From: Fidelibacterota bacterium
GTDB taxonomy: Bacteria; Fidelibacterota; Fidelibacteria; Fidelibacterales; Fidelibacteraceae
Reading direction: 5' to 3'
Length of the DNA: 32,000 bases
Assembly: GCA_021157965.1 (NCBI GenBank)
Contig: JAGGVO010000041.1
Coordinates: 224,119-256,118 of the forward strand
Below are positions 16,917 through 24,855 of the stretch, in pieces; the first letter of the stretch is position 1, and each line of letters starts with the position of its first letter. The notes under the pieces are model-generated. The model made no database searches. It saw only the letters and a list, made by a program, of their open reading frames with translations, and had not been told where the DNA came from. A program made the position numbers and the translations under genes.

Positions 16917-18470
16917 ATGAATTGTCGGAATCGCATGTGTTTAACTCTGGCAATAATTCTGTTAACATCAGCTATGCTGAGTGGTGAATCCCCGAATTAT
17001 CTGTCCCAGAAACTCGCACTCGAACAGGCACTCCAGAATAAAATTTCACAGGCTGTAGAACGCATTCTCGGGAATAATCATTTTATTGTTGATGTGAAAG
17101 CAGATTTGGATTTTGTTCCCGATCAGCGCGTTGAGGAAGTGTATGAACCGGCGGTACCGGGACGTGCACTTGTACAACCGGCTCCTGAAGCCGAAAGTTC
17201 CCGGGAAAGGGACAGGGCCTACGAAGAAGAATACAATGAAATTCTCCCCGGCATACCTGCGCGGATTGGCGACCGCGGATTGGATATCCTGACAGAAGAG
17301 CTTCCGTCAGATACTTCCCGTATCCGCGAGGAGCAAACAGCCGTTCTGCCGGGAGTTGAGAATATTGAACCGGAGAGGCTCAAAAGCCGTTCGGTTGCCC
17401 GTTCTGTTCCCCTGATTCCGAAAGTCAGGAAACTGGACATCAGCATCATTTTAAAGGAAGGCATCGAGCCGGATCTGGTGGAATCCATTCGTCAGGTGGC
17501 AATGATTGCCTCCCATTTCGACCGCTCCCGGGGAGATATGCTGAGTATTATGACAACGACTTTCAGGGATGACAAGCTGATGGCCGGTGCGGAAACCGGA
17601 GTAATACCGGGAGATGTTGAGTATCAGCCATCCCGCGAAGAACAGGAACGGACCGATGAAACTCAGGAACTGATTCGCCAAATCCAGGATCAGATTGAAC
17701 GGCTTTCACAACAGCAGCAGAGGCAGGCGCCCCGGAGCAATGAACCCACACCAACGGAAAACATGCTGCTTAAAATCATTGATAAGCTCAATACCCGTCA
17801 GTCCCTTGCCGATGATCTGGAAACACAGAAGATGATTACGGAGCAGAAGCTCCGGCTTGAAATGCTGGGACGCGATACTACCCGATTGCAGGAACTCCGG
17901 GATGAAATAGCAGCCCTGAAACTTCAGCTGGCAACCCGGGAAATGGCTGTTGAAGACCGGGAAAGTACACGGGCTGCATCAGACAGTATGCTTCGGGAAA
18001 AAGAAGAACTGGAAGAGGCCATTGCGGAAAAAATCGCCCTCCTCTCGGAGACGCAAAAAGAGCTTATGGACATGCAAAAGGCTCAAATCCCCTGGTGGTT
18101 CTGGGGGCTTCTGGCTGCTTTGCTTGCTGTTGTCATTGTGCTGGTTGTACTGATTCTGAACCGCGGCAGAGTGCGCCGTCAGGAGGAAGAAGCTCCGAAA
18201 CCGGAACCGGCAGCCAGCGAGGATGCCCTCCGTGAAAAGATTCTCAGGGAATTGCGGGAAAGCAAGAAAGAGAGCAAACTTGAGCGGGAACCGGATCAGG
18301 GATCCGATATGGCTGAAAAGCGGGCGGAGCTGGAAGGAATCCGGAAAAATATCGTCAATATGAGTGTAGCCAACCCCGATACTGCCAGCAAGATTATCCG
18401 GGATTGGATGGAAGAAGATGAAACGCCCGCAGACCAGGCGGAAGAAAAAGGAGAACGGAAAAATGAGTGA
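16917..18470 (+). CDS. FliF-like MS-ring protein, truncated and rearranged: TM, RBM3-like core, ~180-aa coiled coil, TM, then a cytoplasmic tail with a FliG-binding-like motif
   Basis: AAGGAG lies upstream of the ATG and an N-terminal TM is present. LEQALQNKISQAVERILGNNHFIVDVKADLDFVPDQRVEEVYEP resembles the FliF consensus ...LE.kI..iL.pi.G.g.v.v.V.a.LDF...e.t.E.Y.P. VRKLDISIILKEG...IRQVAMIASHFDRSRGDMLSIMTTTF resembles FliF ikRLSVAVvvd...v..avGfd..RGD.v.V. Then comes a Q/E/R-rich heptad region and TM2 (WWFWGLLAALLAVVIVLVVLIL). The acidic tail ends in NPDTASKIIRDWMEEDE, resembling the FliF C-terminal ...va.lir.Wl.ed. Confidence 0.7.
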   Translation: MNCRNRMCLTLAIILLTSAMLSGESPNYLSQKLALEQALQNKISQAVERILGNNHFIVDVKADLDFVPDQRVEEVYEPAVPGRALVQPAPEAESSRERDRAYEEEYNEILPGIPARIGDRGLDILTEELPSDTSRIREEQTAVLPGVENIEPERLKSRSVARSVPLIPKVRKLDISIILKEGIEPDLVESIRQVAMIASHFDRSRGDMLSIMTTTFRDDKLMAGAETGVIPGDVEYQPSREEQERTDETQELIRQIQDQIERLSQQQQRQAPRSNEPTPTENMLLKIIDKLNTRQSLADDLETQKMITEQKLRLEMLGRDTTRLQELRDEIAALKLQLATREMAVEDRESTRAASDSMLREKEELEEAIAEKIALLSETQKELMDMQKAQIPWWFWGLLAALLAVVIVLVVLILNRGRVRRQEEEAPKPEPAASEDALREKILRELRESKKESKLEREPDQGSDMAEKRAELEGIRKNIVNMSVANPDTASKIIRDWMEEDETPADQAEEKGERKNE

Positions 18471-19398
18471 TCCTCAAAAACTTTCCAATCTGGACAGGGC
18501 CGCAATCATTTATAAAATATTGGGGGACAATTTATCCGTCTCCCTTTTCAGGCACCTTTCCCAGGCGCAGTTGACTAAATTGCGGCGCCATGCCGAAACG
18601 CTGACTAAAGTGCCTTTCGATCTGAAAAGAAAGGTTCTGGAAGAGTATTATTTTCAGCTTATGTCTGAAAAAATCCGGTCCGTCAGCGACGGGGACCAGA
18701 AAGTGCTTTTTGATTTCTTAAAACCTATGTCTTCTGATCAAATCAAATACCTGCTGGAGCCGGAAAGCGAACTGGTAAAAGCCCTTGTCCTGAGCCAGCT
18801 GAGCATTGAAGTACAGGTGGATGTCATAAAAAACATGGAAGAAGATGAACGGGCACGGGTTTTAATACAGATGAATGATATCGATAAAATCCCTTATGAA
18901 GGGATTATCAATATTGAGAACGATATTCGCGAAAAATCCCGGCTGGTTCCCCATAAAGCCCATTTTAACAAAGGAGGATCCAAACAGATTGCTGATATCC
19001 TGAGTAAGCTGGAGCCGGATTTTGAAGAACAGTTTGTAAGTCATGTACAAAATGAAGACCCGGAACTGGCCCGTGATCTGGCGAAATATTACATACCTTT
19101 TGACAGTTTCGACAAACTTCCGGTGGATGTGGTCAGGGAGGCGCTGAAAAGCGTGGAACTGAATGATCTGGCCCTGGCCCTGAAGGGAATGAGCGAAGAA
19201 TTTGTCACCTATATTCTGGGAAATCTGCCACAGAAAACCCAGATAATGCTGGAAGATGAAATAAAGGATGTGGAAGGTCCCCAGCCCCGGCGGAAAGTTG
19301 AAAGTGCACGGCGCAAACTGACCCAGGCCGTGAAACAACTTGCTGCCGAGGGTAAATTTGATATTGAGGATTTCCTCGATACGGATATGGTGGAATAA
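18463..19398 (+). CDS. fliG: FliG-like rotor/switch protein (three-domain FliG architecture)
   Basis: The ATG at 18463 is preceded by AAAGGAG and has an 8-nt overlap (ATGAGTGA) with the fliF-like stop. The N-domain reads LSNLDRAAIIYKILGDNLSVSLFRHLSQAQLTKL, versus FliG G.dKaAill..lGed.aaevfkhLs..Ei. The C-domain reads MSEEFVTYILGNLPQKTQIMLEDEIKDVEGP...KLTQAVKQLAAEGKFDI, versus FliG ...MS.RaaemL.eDme.lGPvr...Ve.aQ..Iv...r.Lee.GeI. Confidence 0.85.
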   Translation: MSDPQKLSNLDRAAIIYKILGDNLSVSLFRHLSQAQLTKLRRHAETLTKVPFDLKRKVLEEYYFQLMSEKIRSVSDGDQKVLFDFLKPMSSDQIKYLLEPESELVKALVLSQLSIEVQVDVIKNMEEDERARVLIQMNDIDKIPYEGIINIENDIREKSRLVPHKAHFNKGGSKQIADILSKLEPDFEEQFVSHVQNEDPELARDLAKYYIPFDSFDKLPVDVVREALKSVELNDLALALKGMSEEFVTYILGNLPQKTQIMLEDEIKDVEGPQPRRKVESARRKLTQAVKQLAAEGKFDIEDFLDTDMVE

Positions 19399-19427
19399 AA
19401 GCCGGAGATCTGATAAAAAGATATCTT

Positions 19428-19462
19428 ATGCCGGACGGGGTGTTTCCTGTCCGGCATTTTTT
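19428..19462 (+). terminator. rho-independent terminator ending the motor operon
   Basis: ATGCCGGACGG (19428-19438) pairs with CTGTCCGGCAT (19447-19457). The stem is 11 bp including one G-U pair, with an 8-nt loop. It runs directly into TTTTTT (19457-19462), 30 nt after the fliG stop. Confidence 0.8.
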
Positions 19463-19488
19463 CGCATTCAGGTAAAGAGGAGATAACA

Positions 19489-19926
19489 ATGTCCCGCTTT
19501 GAAGAAATTATCGAATTTGCCATTGATCAGGAAATAAAAGCTGCCCGCCGTTATGAACGTCTTGCCGACCTCGTGGAGAATCCCCGTGCCCGCGAAATGC
19601 TCCTCCGGATAAAAACCATGGAAGAAGAACACCGGAAAAAACTGGAAAATCTGGATATCAGTGAGTTTCTGAATTATACAGACAAACCGATCCCGGATCT
19701 CCATCTGAGTGATGAAAAGGATATTCAATCTAAATTAAAGGATTTGACGCCGGAAGATATCTTGGTTATGGCAGATGATTTTGAAAATGATGCCCGTGAA
19801 CTTTATCTGACACTGGCAGACCGGGTACCTGTAGGATCGGCAACCCGGGATCTTTTTCTGAAACTTGCCGAAGAAGAGGCCCGGCATAAATACGACATTG
19901 AATCACAATTAAAATCCGGAATTTAA
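19489..19926 (+). CDS. ferritin-like / rubrerythrin-family diiron four-helix protein
   Basis: 145 aa, with AAGAGGAG upstream. It has two half-sites, each with E...ExxH spacing: EIKAARRYE...MEEEH and ENDARELY...EEEARH. Confidence 0.65.
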   Translation: MSRFEEIIEFAIDQEIKAARRYERLADLVENPRAREMLLRIKTMEEEHRKKLENLDISEFLNYTDKPIPDLHLSDEKDIQSKLKDLTPEDILVMADDFENDARELYLTLADRVPVGSATRDLFLKLAEEEARHKYDIESQLKSGI

Positions 19927-19932
19927 CCTGTT

Positions 19933-20757
19933 ATGAAATCGATTCGTCGCTTTTTCAGAATTATTAGTATCCTCCTTTTGTTTCTTATCTTGATAATCCT
20001 TTTAGGAGTGCTAAAAGGGGTGATCATGCTTTTCAGCAGGACAAAAGGAGATCAGATGGTTTTTTATGTTATCAAGCCCTTTTGTACTCTGCTCCGCCTG
20101 ATATGCGGAGTCCGAATTCACGTGGAAGGAAGGGAAAACATTCCCTCCAAAAACGGGTATCTGGTTGTCGGAAACCATTACAGTTATGTGGAAGTAGTCA
20201 GTACCATGTCTGTCGTTTCGGCCGTTCCCGTTTCTAAATCGGAAATCCGCAACTGGCCCATTTTCGGTCATGCCGCCCGGCTTGGAGGAACCGTTTTTGT
20301 GGATCGGGAAAAAGGGGGATTGTCCGGGGCATATATTGAAGTCCTCATGAATACATTGCGAAAGGGCATCAATATTATCTTTTTTCCGGAGGGAACGACC
20401 ACCGACGGCACTTACCTGAAACGTTTCAAATCCGCTCTCTTTGTCCCCGCCAACCGGCTTAAGGTCCCTGTGCTGCCCATTGTAAGCACTGTTACGGCCA
20501 TCGATGGAAAACCGGTTCCTTCTGATCAGCGGGATTTGATTGCATGGTATGGCGGTGCTCCATTTGTCCCTCATGCCATGCGCCTGCTTGCTTTCCGCCG
20601 GATTGACCTGAAGTTTAAAATTGGCGAACCGATTATTCCCGATTATGACGATTCTTCAATTGATGAAAGACGGGAATTTGCCAGGCTCGTCCAAAACCGG
20701 ATGGATGCAGCACTATGGGAAATTGCCCCCGATTATCAGGGGATCCGGGACGAGTAA
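19933..20757 (+). CDS. plsC: lysophospholipid (1-acyl-sn-glycerol-3-phosphate) acyltransferase family protein
   Basis: N-terminal TM anchor. Block I reads VVGNHYSYVEV, which is HX4E rather than HX4D. Block III is FPEGTTT. VFVDRE is also present. Confidence 0.75.
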   Translation: MKSIRRFFRIISILLLFLILIILLGVLKGVIMLFSRTKGDQMVFYVIKPFCTLLRLICGVRIHVEGRENIPSKNGYLVVGNHYSYVEVVSTMSVVSAVPVSKSEIRNWPIFGHAARLGGTVFVDREKGGLSGAYIEVLMNTLRKGINIIFFPEGTTTDGTYLKRFKSALFVPANRLKVPVLPIVSTVTAIDGKPVPSDQRDLIAWYGGAPFVPHAMRLLAFRRIDLKFKIGEPIIPDYDDSSIDERREFARLVQNRMDAALWEIAPDYQGIRDE

Positions 20758-20819
20758 ACAGTCGATTTAAGAATAAAAAGTTATTACATTTCTTTAACAA
20801 CAAAAATACAGGACCCTCC

Positions 20820-21317
20820 ATGAATCTCGTGCTTATGCGCCATGGTCTGGCCGAACCCCGGGAGAGGCACCATGACAGCGATTCAGACAGGAATTTAACG
20901 AATGAAGGACGCCTGAAACTCATGCAGTTTATCCCCCTGATCCATCCGTGGTTTCCCAAACCGGACAGACTTTTAACCAGCCCGGCCATCCGGACACAGC
21001 AGACGGCAGAAATTCTGTGTGATATATTGCATGTAAACAGGGATGAAATTCAGGTTGATCCTTTGATCCTGAATGGTTCTGCAGGGGAAATTGTTTCACA
21101 GCTGGTGGAGATGGATCTGCCCTCCTGTTTATGGATTGTCGGGCACCAACCTACCTTGGGACAGCTCCTGAGCGTTCTGATAGGACTGGATGTTTTCCGG
21201 GGTTTTCATATGAGTCCAGGCGATTGTGCCCTCGTGTCTTTTCAGGATAAACCGGATATCAATGAAGGACGTTTGCTCAGTTATGCTTCCCCCAGGTTGA
21301 TAGACAGGTCGATGTAG
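20820..21317 (+). CDS. sixA: SixA-type phosphohistidine phosphatase (histidine phosphatase superfamily)
   Basis: I start at the ATG at 20820 (MNLVLMRHGLAEP) because it gives the catalytic RHG motif at the expected N-terminal position. LTSPAIRTQQTA and VGHQP are also present. The ORF-track start at 20715 would overlap plsC. Confidence 0.72.
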   Translation: MNLVLMRHGLAEPRERHHDSDSDRNLTNEGRLKLMQFIPLIHPWFPKPDRLLTSPAIRTQQTAEILCDILHVNRDEIQVDPLILNGSAGEIVSQLVEMDLPSCLWIVGHQPTLGQLLSVLIGLDVFRGFHMSPGDCALVSFQDKPDINEGRLLSYASPRLIDRSM

Positions 21318-21329
21318 CAGGAAGGTAAA

Positions 21330-22298
21330 ATGATTCACTGGCTAAAAGTTTTTTTTTCCAAATCGCTGAATACGGCCTATGACTGCGTAGATGCCATCGG
21401 TCGGGGGGAAACGGGTGTGCACCTGACGGAAACTCTGACAGAATCCATCCGGAGGAGCATGGTATCCGCCCACCTTTTAGGTGTAGCCACCGGTCATGAG
21501 AATTTTTTCCGGGAAATTGGGATTTTGCAGAGGATTCTGAATATTTGTCAGGTATATATCCTCCATCAGGGCCGGATCCTCTATTTTGAAGCGTCTGCCT
21601 ATCAGAACCGAAAGGGAGCCCTCCGGGGTGCTCTTTATGTGGAAACACTTCAACGGAAGGATTTTGAAAGCCGGCGAAAAAAACTCCCCTTCCAACTGGA
21701 AAAAAGTTTCCATCCCGAACGGAAAGCAGAATTTTTACACAAGATCGAGCGGCTTCCGGAAAGCATCACAAATCCGGATAAATTGCACAAAGTTACCCTG
21801 GACTACCTGATCCCCCTTGTGTTGATCAAAACGGTGGATTTTGGCAAACTGACCATGAAACTACCCGGCGAACTGCTCCCGGATTTTGAAGGACTTCATG
21901 CCTTTTTGCTGGCGATGGGACAGGGAGATGTTTTCTGGAAAAAAGATGTGGAAATTATTCACAAAATCATCAAAGGAATCCGGACGGTTCTTTACCTCGA
22001 TGAAAATTTCAGTACCGTGAAAAAAGTTTTGCTGGAAGAGCGCGAAAAAACCATTCAGCTGCTGAAAGGGAATATATTCGACCAGTATAAAATGCTGAAC
22101 AAATGGGATGAGGTATTGCGCATGCTGGCAACCCGGAATGATAAAGGATTGATTAAATTTCTCACCCAGCTTGTTCGGGACCGGAAGGAAGCCGTTGATG
22201 AGCTGCGTAGTTTGCAGAAAACCTGTGAAGAGAAGGAGCTTTGGAAGAATTATTATAAAAAAATTGAAAACTTGTTCGTAACATCCGATGCAGTTTGA
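21330..22298 (+). CDS. hypothetical cytoplasmic alpha-helical protein
   Basis: 322-aa ORF tightly packed between sixA and the OMP gene. Its codon usage resembles the neighbours. It has no TM or signal peptide and no family I recognise. Confidence 0.5.
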   Translation: MIHWLKVFFSKSLNTAYDCVDAIGRGETGVHLTETLTESIRRSMVSAHLLGVATGHENFFREIGILQRILNICQVYILHQGRILYFEASAYQNRKGALRGALYVETLQRKDFESRRKKLPFQLEKSFHPERKAEFLHKIERLPESITNPDKLHKVTLDYLIPLVLIKTVDFGKLTMKLPGELLPDFEGLHAFLLAMGQGDVFWKKDVEIIHKIIKGIRTVLYLDENFSTVKKVLLEEREKTIQLLKGNIFDQYKMLNKWDEVLRMLATRNDKGLIKFLTQLVRDRKEAVDELRSLQKTCEEKELWKNYYKKIENLFVTSDAV

Positions 22299-22316
22299 TA
22301 ACTAAAAGGGAAAACT

Positions 22317-23072
22317 ATGAAGTATTGCGTAAAAATATCCCTCCTGTTTTTGCTTTTGGTCGGCTCACTGGCGGCACAGTTCGTCCCGGCACCGGTTCAG
22401 TTAATTAATACCCCGACTGTCGCAACCCTGGCACGGGGATCTTACCTGACTGATTTACGTTTTACCACCAATGGCGGGGTGCTGATCGGGGCAACAGTAG
22501 GTCTGACAGATCGTTTTTCCATGGGTATATCCTATGGAGGATCCAACATTATCGGCAATGAAAATATCACCTGGAATCCCCAGCCCGGTGTGAGTGTCAA
22601 ATATCGACTTATTGATGAAGGAATGAAAAAACCGGGTGTCTCTATGGGATTTTCCTCTCAGGGCTATGGGGCTTATACCGACGGGAATTATGAAATTCCT
22701 TCCTCCGGCTTTTATTCTGTCCTCAGCAAAAACTGGCATTTTATCGGCAATACAAGCCTTCATGCAGGGGCTAATTATTCCCTGGAACAGCCAGACAGCA
22801 CCTATATCCCCTCTTTCTTTGCCGGGGCTGCCATTGAACTAAATCCTCAATTCTCTATTATGATCGAATATGATGCCGCCCTGAATTATGAAAAATTTTC
22901 AGATTTAAAAAAATTCAAAATTTCCGGCGGGTACGGTTTTCTGAATGCCGGTGTCCGCGTTGGCATTACGGAAAATCTCTACCTGGAAGTGGATCTGAAC
23001 AATCTTATCTGGGGCGAAAATGTGGAATCCTTTAACCGTGAAATTAAATTGATGTATTTTGATATCTTCTGA
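22317..23072 (+). CDS. outer-membrane beta-barrel-like protein
   Basis: Signal peptide MKYCVKISLLFLLLVGSLAAQ. It has repeated amphipathic beta-strand patterns (GVSVKYRL, GVSMGFSSQGYG, LYLEVDLN). The C-terminus ends in ...LMYFDIF, and a terminal Phe is typical of the OMP beta-signal. Confidence 0.6.
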   Translation: MKYCVKISLLFLLLVGSLAAQFVPAPVQLINTPTVATLARGSYLTDLRFTTNGGVLIGATVGLTDRFSMGISYGGSNIIGNENITWNPQPGVSVKYRLIDEGMKKPGVSMGFSSQGYGAYTDGNYEIPSSGFYSVLSKNWHFIGNTSLHAGANYSLEQPDSTYIPSFFAGAAIELNPQFSIMIEYDAALNYEKFSDLKKFKISGGYGFLNAGVRVGITENLYLEVDLNNLIWGENVESFNREIKLMYFDIF

Positions 23073-23073
23073 C

Positions 23074-24726
23074 ATGAAATCCTTTCAGCTTTCTTCCGAG
23101 ATTCTTGCTTCCAAATCCAAAGATGAACTGATAGATATTATCAGAATCATTCAGGACCGGGTCAATGTTTTTGTCTCGGTAGGGACATCCCTCAGTACGG
23201 AAAAAAACCAGGATGTCCTCCTGGAAAATATTGTAACCTATGCGAAAAAATTAACCGGTGCCGATGCCGCAACGCTTTATATGATGTCGGAAGATGAAAA
23301 AAAACTCAGGTTTAGCATTGTCCATACAGATTCCATGAATATCCGGATGGGGGGGACATCGGGAAATCCCATCGATTGGTATCCGGTGAAATTGTATAAT
23401 GAGGATGGATCGCCCTATCTGGAGATGGTTGCGGCGTATGTTGCATTGAAGAAGGAAACCCTGAACTTTGAAGATGTGTACGATGTAAAAGATTTTAATT
23501 TTACCGGTACACGGCAGTTTGACCGAAAAACCGGTTACCGGACTCAGTCCATGCTGGCTCTGCCAATGCTGAACCATGTAAATGAAGTGATTGGTGTACT
23601 CCAATTAATCAATGCAAAAGACGAATCGGGGAACACCATTGCCTTCTGTCCTGAATTCCAGGCGCTGACGGAAGCTCTGGCCAGTCAGGCCGCCGTGGCC
23701 ATTACGGAAAACCGTCTTATCAATGGACTTGAAGAATTATTGAATTCCATCATCCGTGTAATTGCTTCGGCGATTGATGAAAAATCCAAATATACAAGTG
23801 GTCACATTGAACGGGTGGCGAAACTGGCAGTGTATCTGGCACAACAGATTTCTGAAAGCCGGGACGGTGTTTACAAAGATGTCCGCTACAGTGACGAGAA
23901 AATTGAGGAGATCCGTTTTGCCGGCCTTCTTCACGATATCGGTAAGATTACCACACCGGAATACGTGGTGGATAAATCCACAAAACTGGAAACCATTTAT
24001 GACAGGATCCGGACGATTTTTCTCCGTTTTGAATTGCTGAAAAAAGATCGTGAAATAGAGATGTGGAAGGCTTTAGCAGGAACGCCGCAAGATGATTCTT
24101 CCAGAGCTGAACGGGAAAATCTGATGAAAGAGCTGGAAGAAGAAATCCGGAAAATCAGTGAGGATTATGCCTTTATTCAGCGGATGAATACAGGGGGTGA
24201 GTTTCTCAAACCCGAATACAAGAACCGGATTTGCGATATTGCACGGTATACTGTTACGATAGATGGAAAAAGTACGCCTATCTTAACGGATGATGAGATT
24301 CTTAATCTGCATATTTCCAAAGGTACACTGACCGAGGAAGAACGGCAAATCATTAATAATCATGCGGTTGTCACTGATAAAATGCTCTCACAGCTTCCAT
24401 TTCCCAAGAAATTGAAAAATGTTCCCGAGTATGCTGCCAACCACCATGAACGCATGGACGGTTCGGGATATCCCAAGGGACTTAAAGCGGAAGATTTGGA
24501 ATTGCCGGCGCGTATCATGGCCATGGCCGATATTTTTGAAGCCTTAACAGCGCCGGACAGACCCTACAAAAAAGGGAAAACACTTTCTGAAGCCATGAAA
24601 ATCATGGAATTTATGGTGAAGGATTATCATATCGATCCGGATCTGTTTGCCTTTTTCAAGGAAGCTAAAGTATACCGCTGGTATGCAGAAAAATTCATGA
24701 ATCCCGAACAAATTGATATGGATTAG
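23074..24726 (+). CDS. GAF domain / HD-GYP domain c-di-GMP phosphodiesterase
   Basis: The ATG at 23074 lies 1 nt after the upstream stop (the ORF track uses a TTG at 23059). The N-terminal half is GAF-like (ADAATLYMM...SMLALPMLN...IGVLQLINA). The C-terminal half has HIERV, LLHDIGK and HHERMDGSGYPKG, the HD and GYP signatures. Confidence 0.85.
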   Translation: MKSFQLSSEILASKSKDELIDIIRIIQDRVNVFVSVGTSLSTEKNQDVLLENIVTYAKKLTGADAATLYMMSEDEKKLRFSIVHTDSMNIRMGGTSGNPIDWYPVKLYNEDGSPYLEMVAAYVALKKETLNFEDVYDVKDFNFTGTRQFDRKTGYRTQSMLALPMLNHVNEVIGVLQLINAKDESGNTIAFCPEFQALTEALASQAAVAITENRLINGLEELLNSIIRVIASAIDEKSKYTSGHIERVAKLAVYLAQQISESRDGVYKDVRYSDEKIEEIRFAGLLHDIGKITTPEYVVDKSTKLETIYDRIRTIFLRFELLKKDREIEMWKALAGTPQDDSSRAERENLMKELEEEIRKISEDYAFIQRMNTGGEFLKPEYKNRICDIARYTVTIDGKSTPILTDDEILNLHISKGTLTEEERQIINNHAVVTDKMLSQLPFPKKLKNVPEYAANHHERMDGSGYPKGLKAEDLELPARIMAMADIFEALTAPDRPYKKGKTLSEAMKIMEFMVKDYHIDPDLFAFFKEAKVYRWYAEKFMNPEQIDMD

Positions 24727-24855
24727 ACATCTCTCCCGGTGTAGACCGATGGATGATGCCGTGATGAATGGCGACAGGGTAAGCCTGCACAAGCCGGATT
24801 TCCCGTGACGCCTGAACAGCAACTTTTACACTCGCTTATCGGAAATCTTTGAATT

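Noticed and set aside
20155-20190. PlsC block I reads NHYSYVE (HX4E) instead of HX4D
   Set aside because: This is a conservative acidic substitution of the kind I recall in lipid A-type acyltransferases. Alone it is not evidence of altered or lost function.
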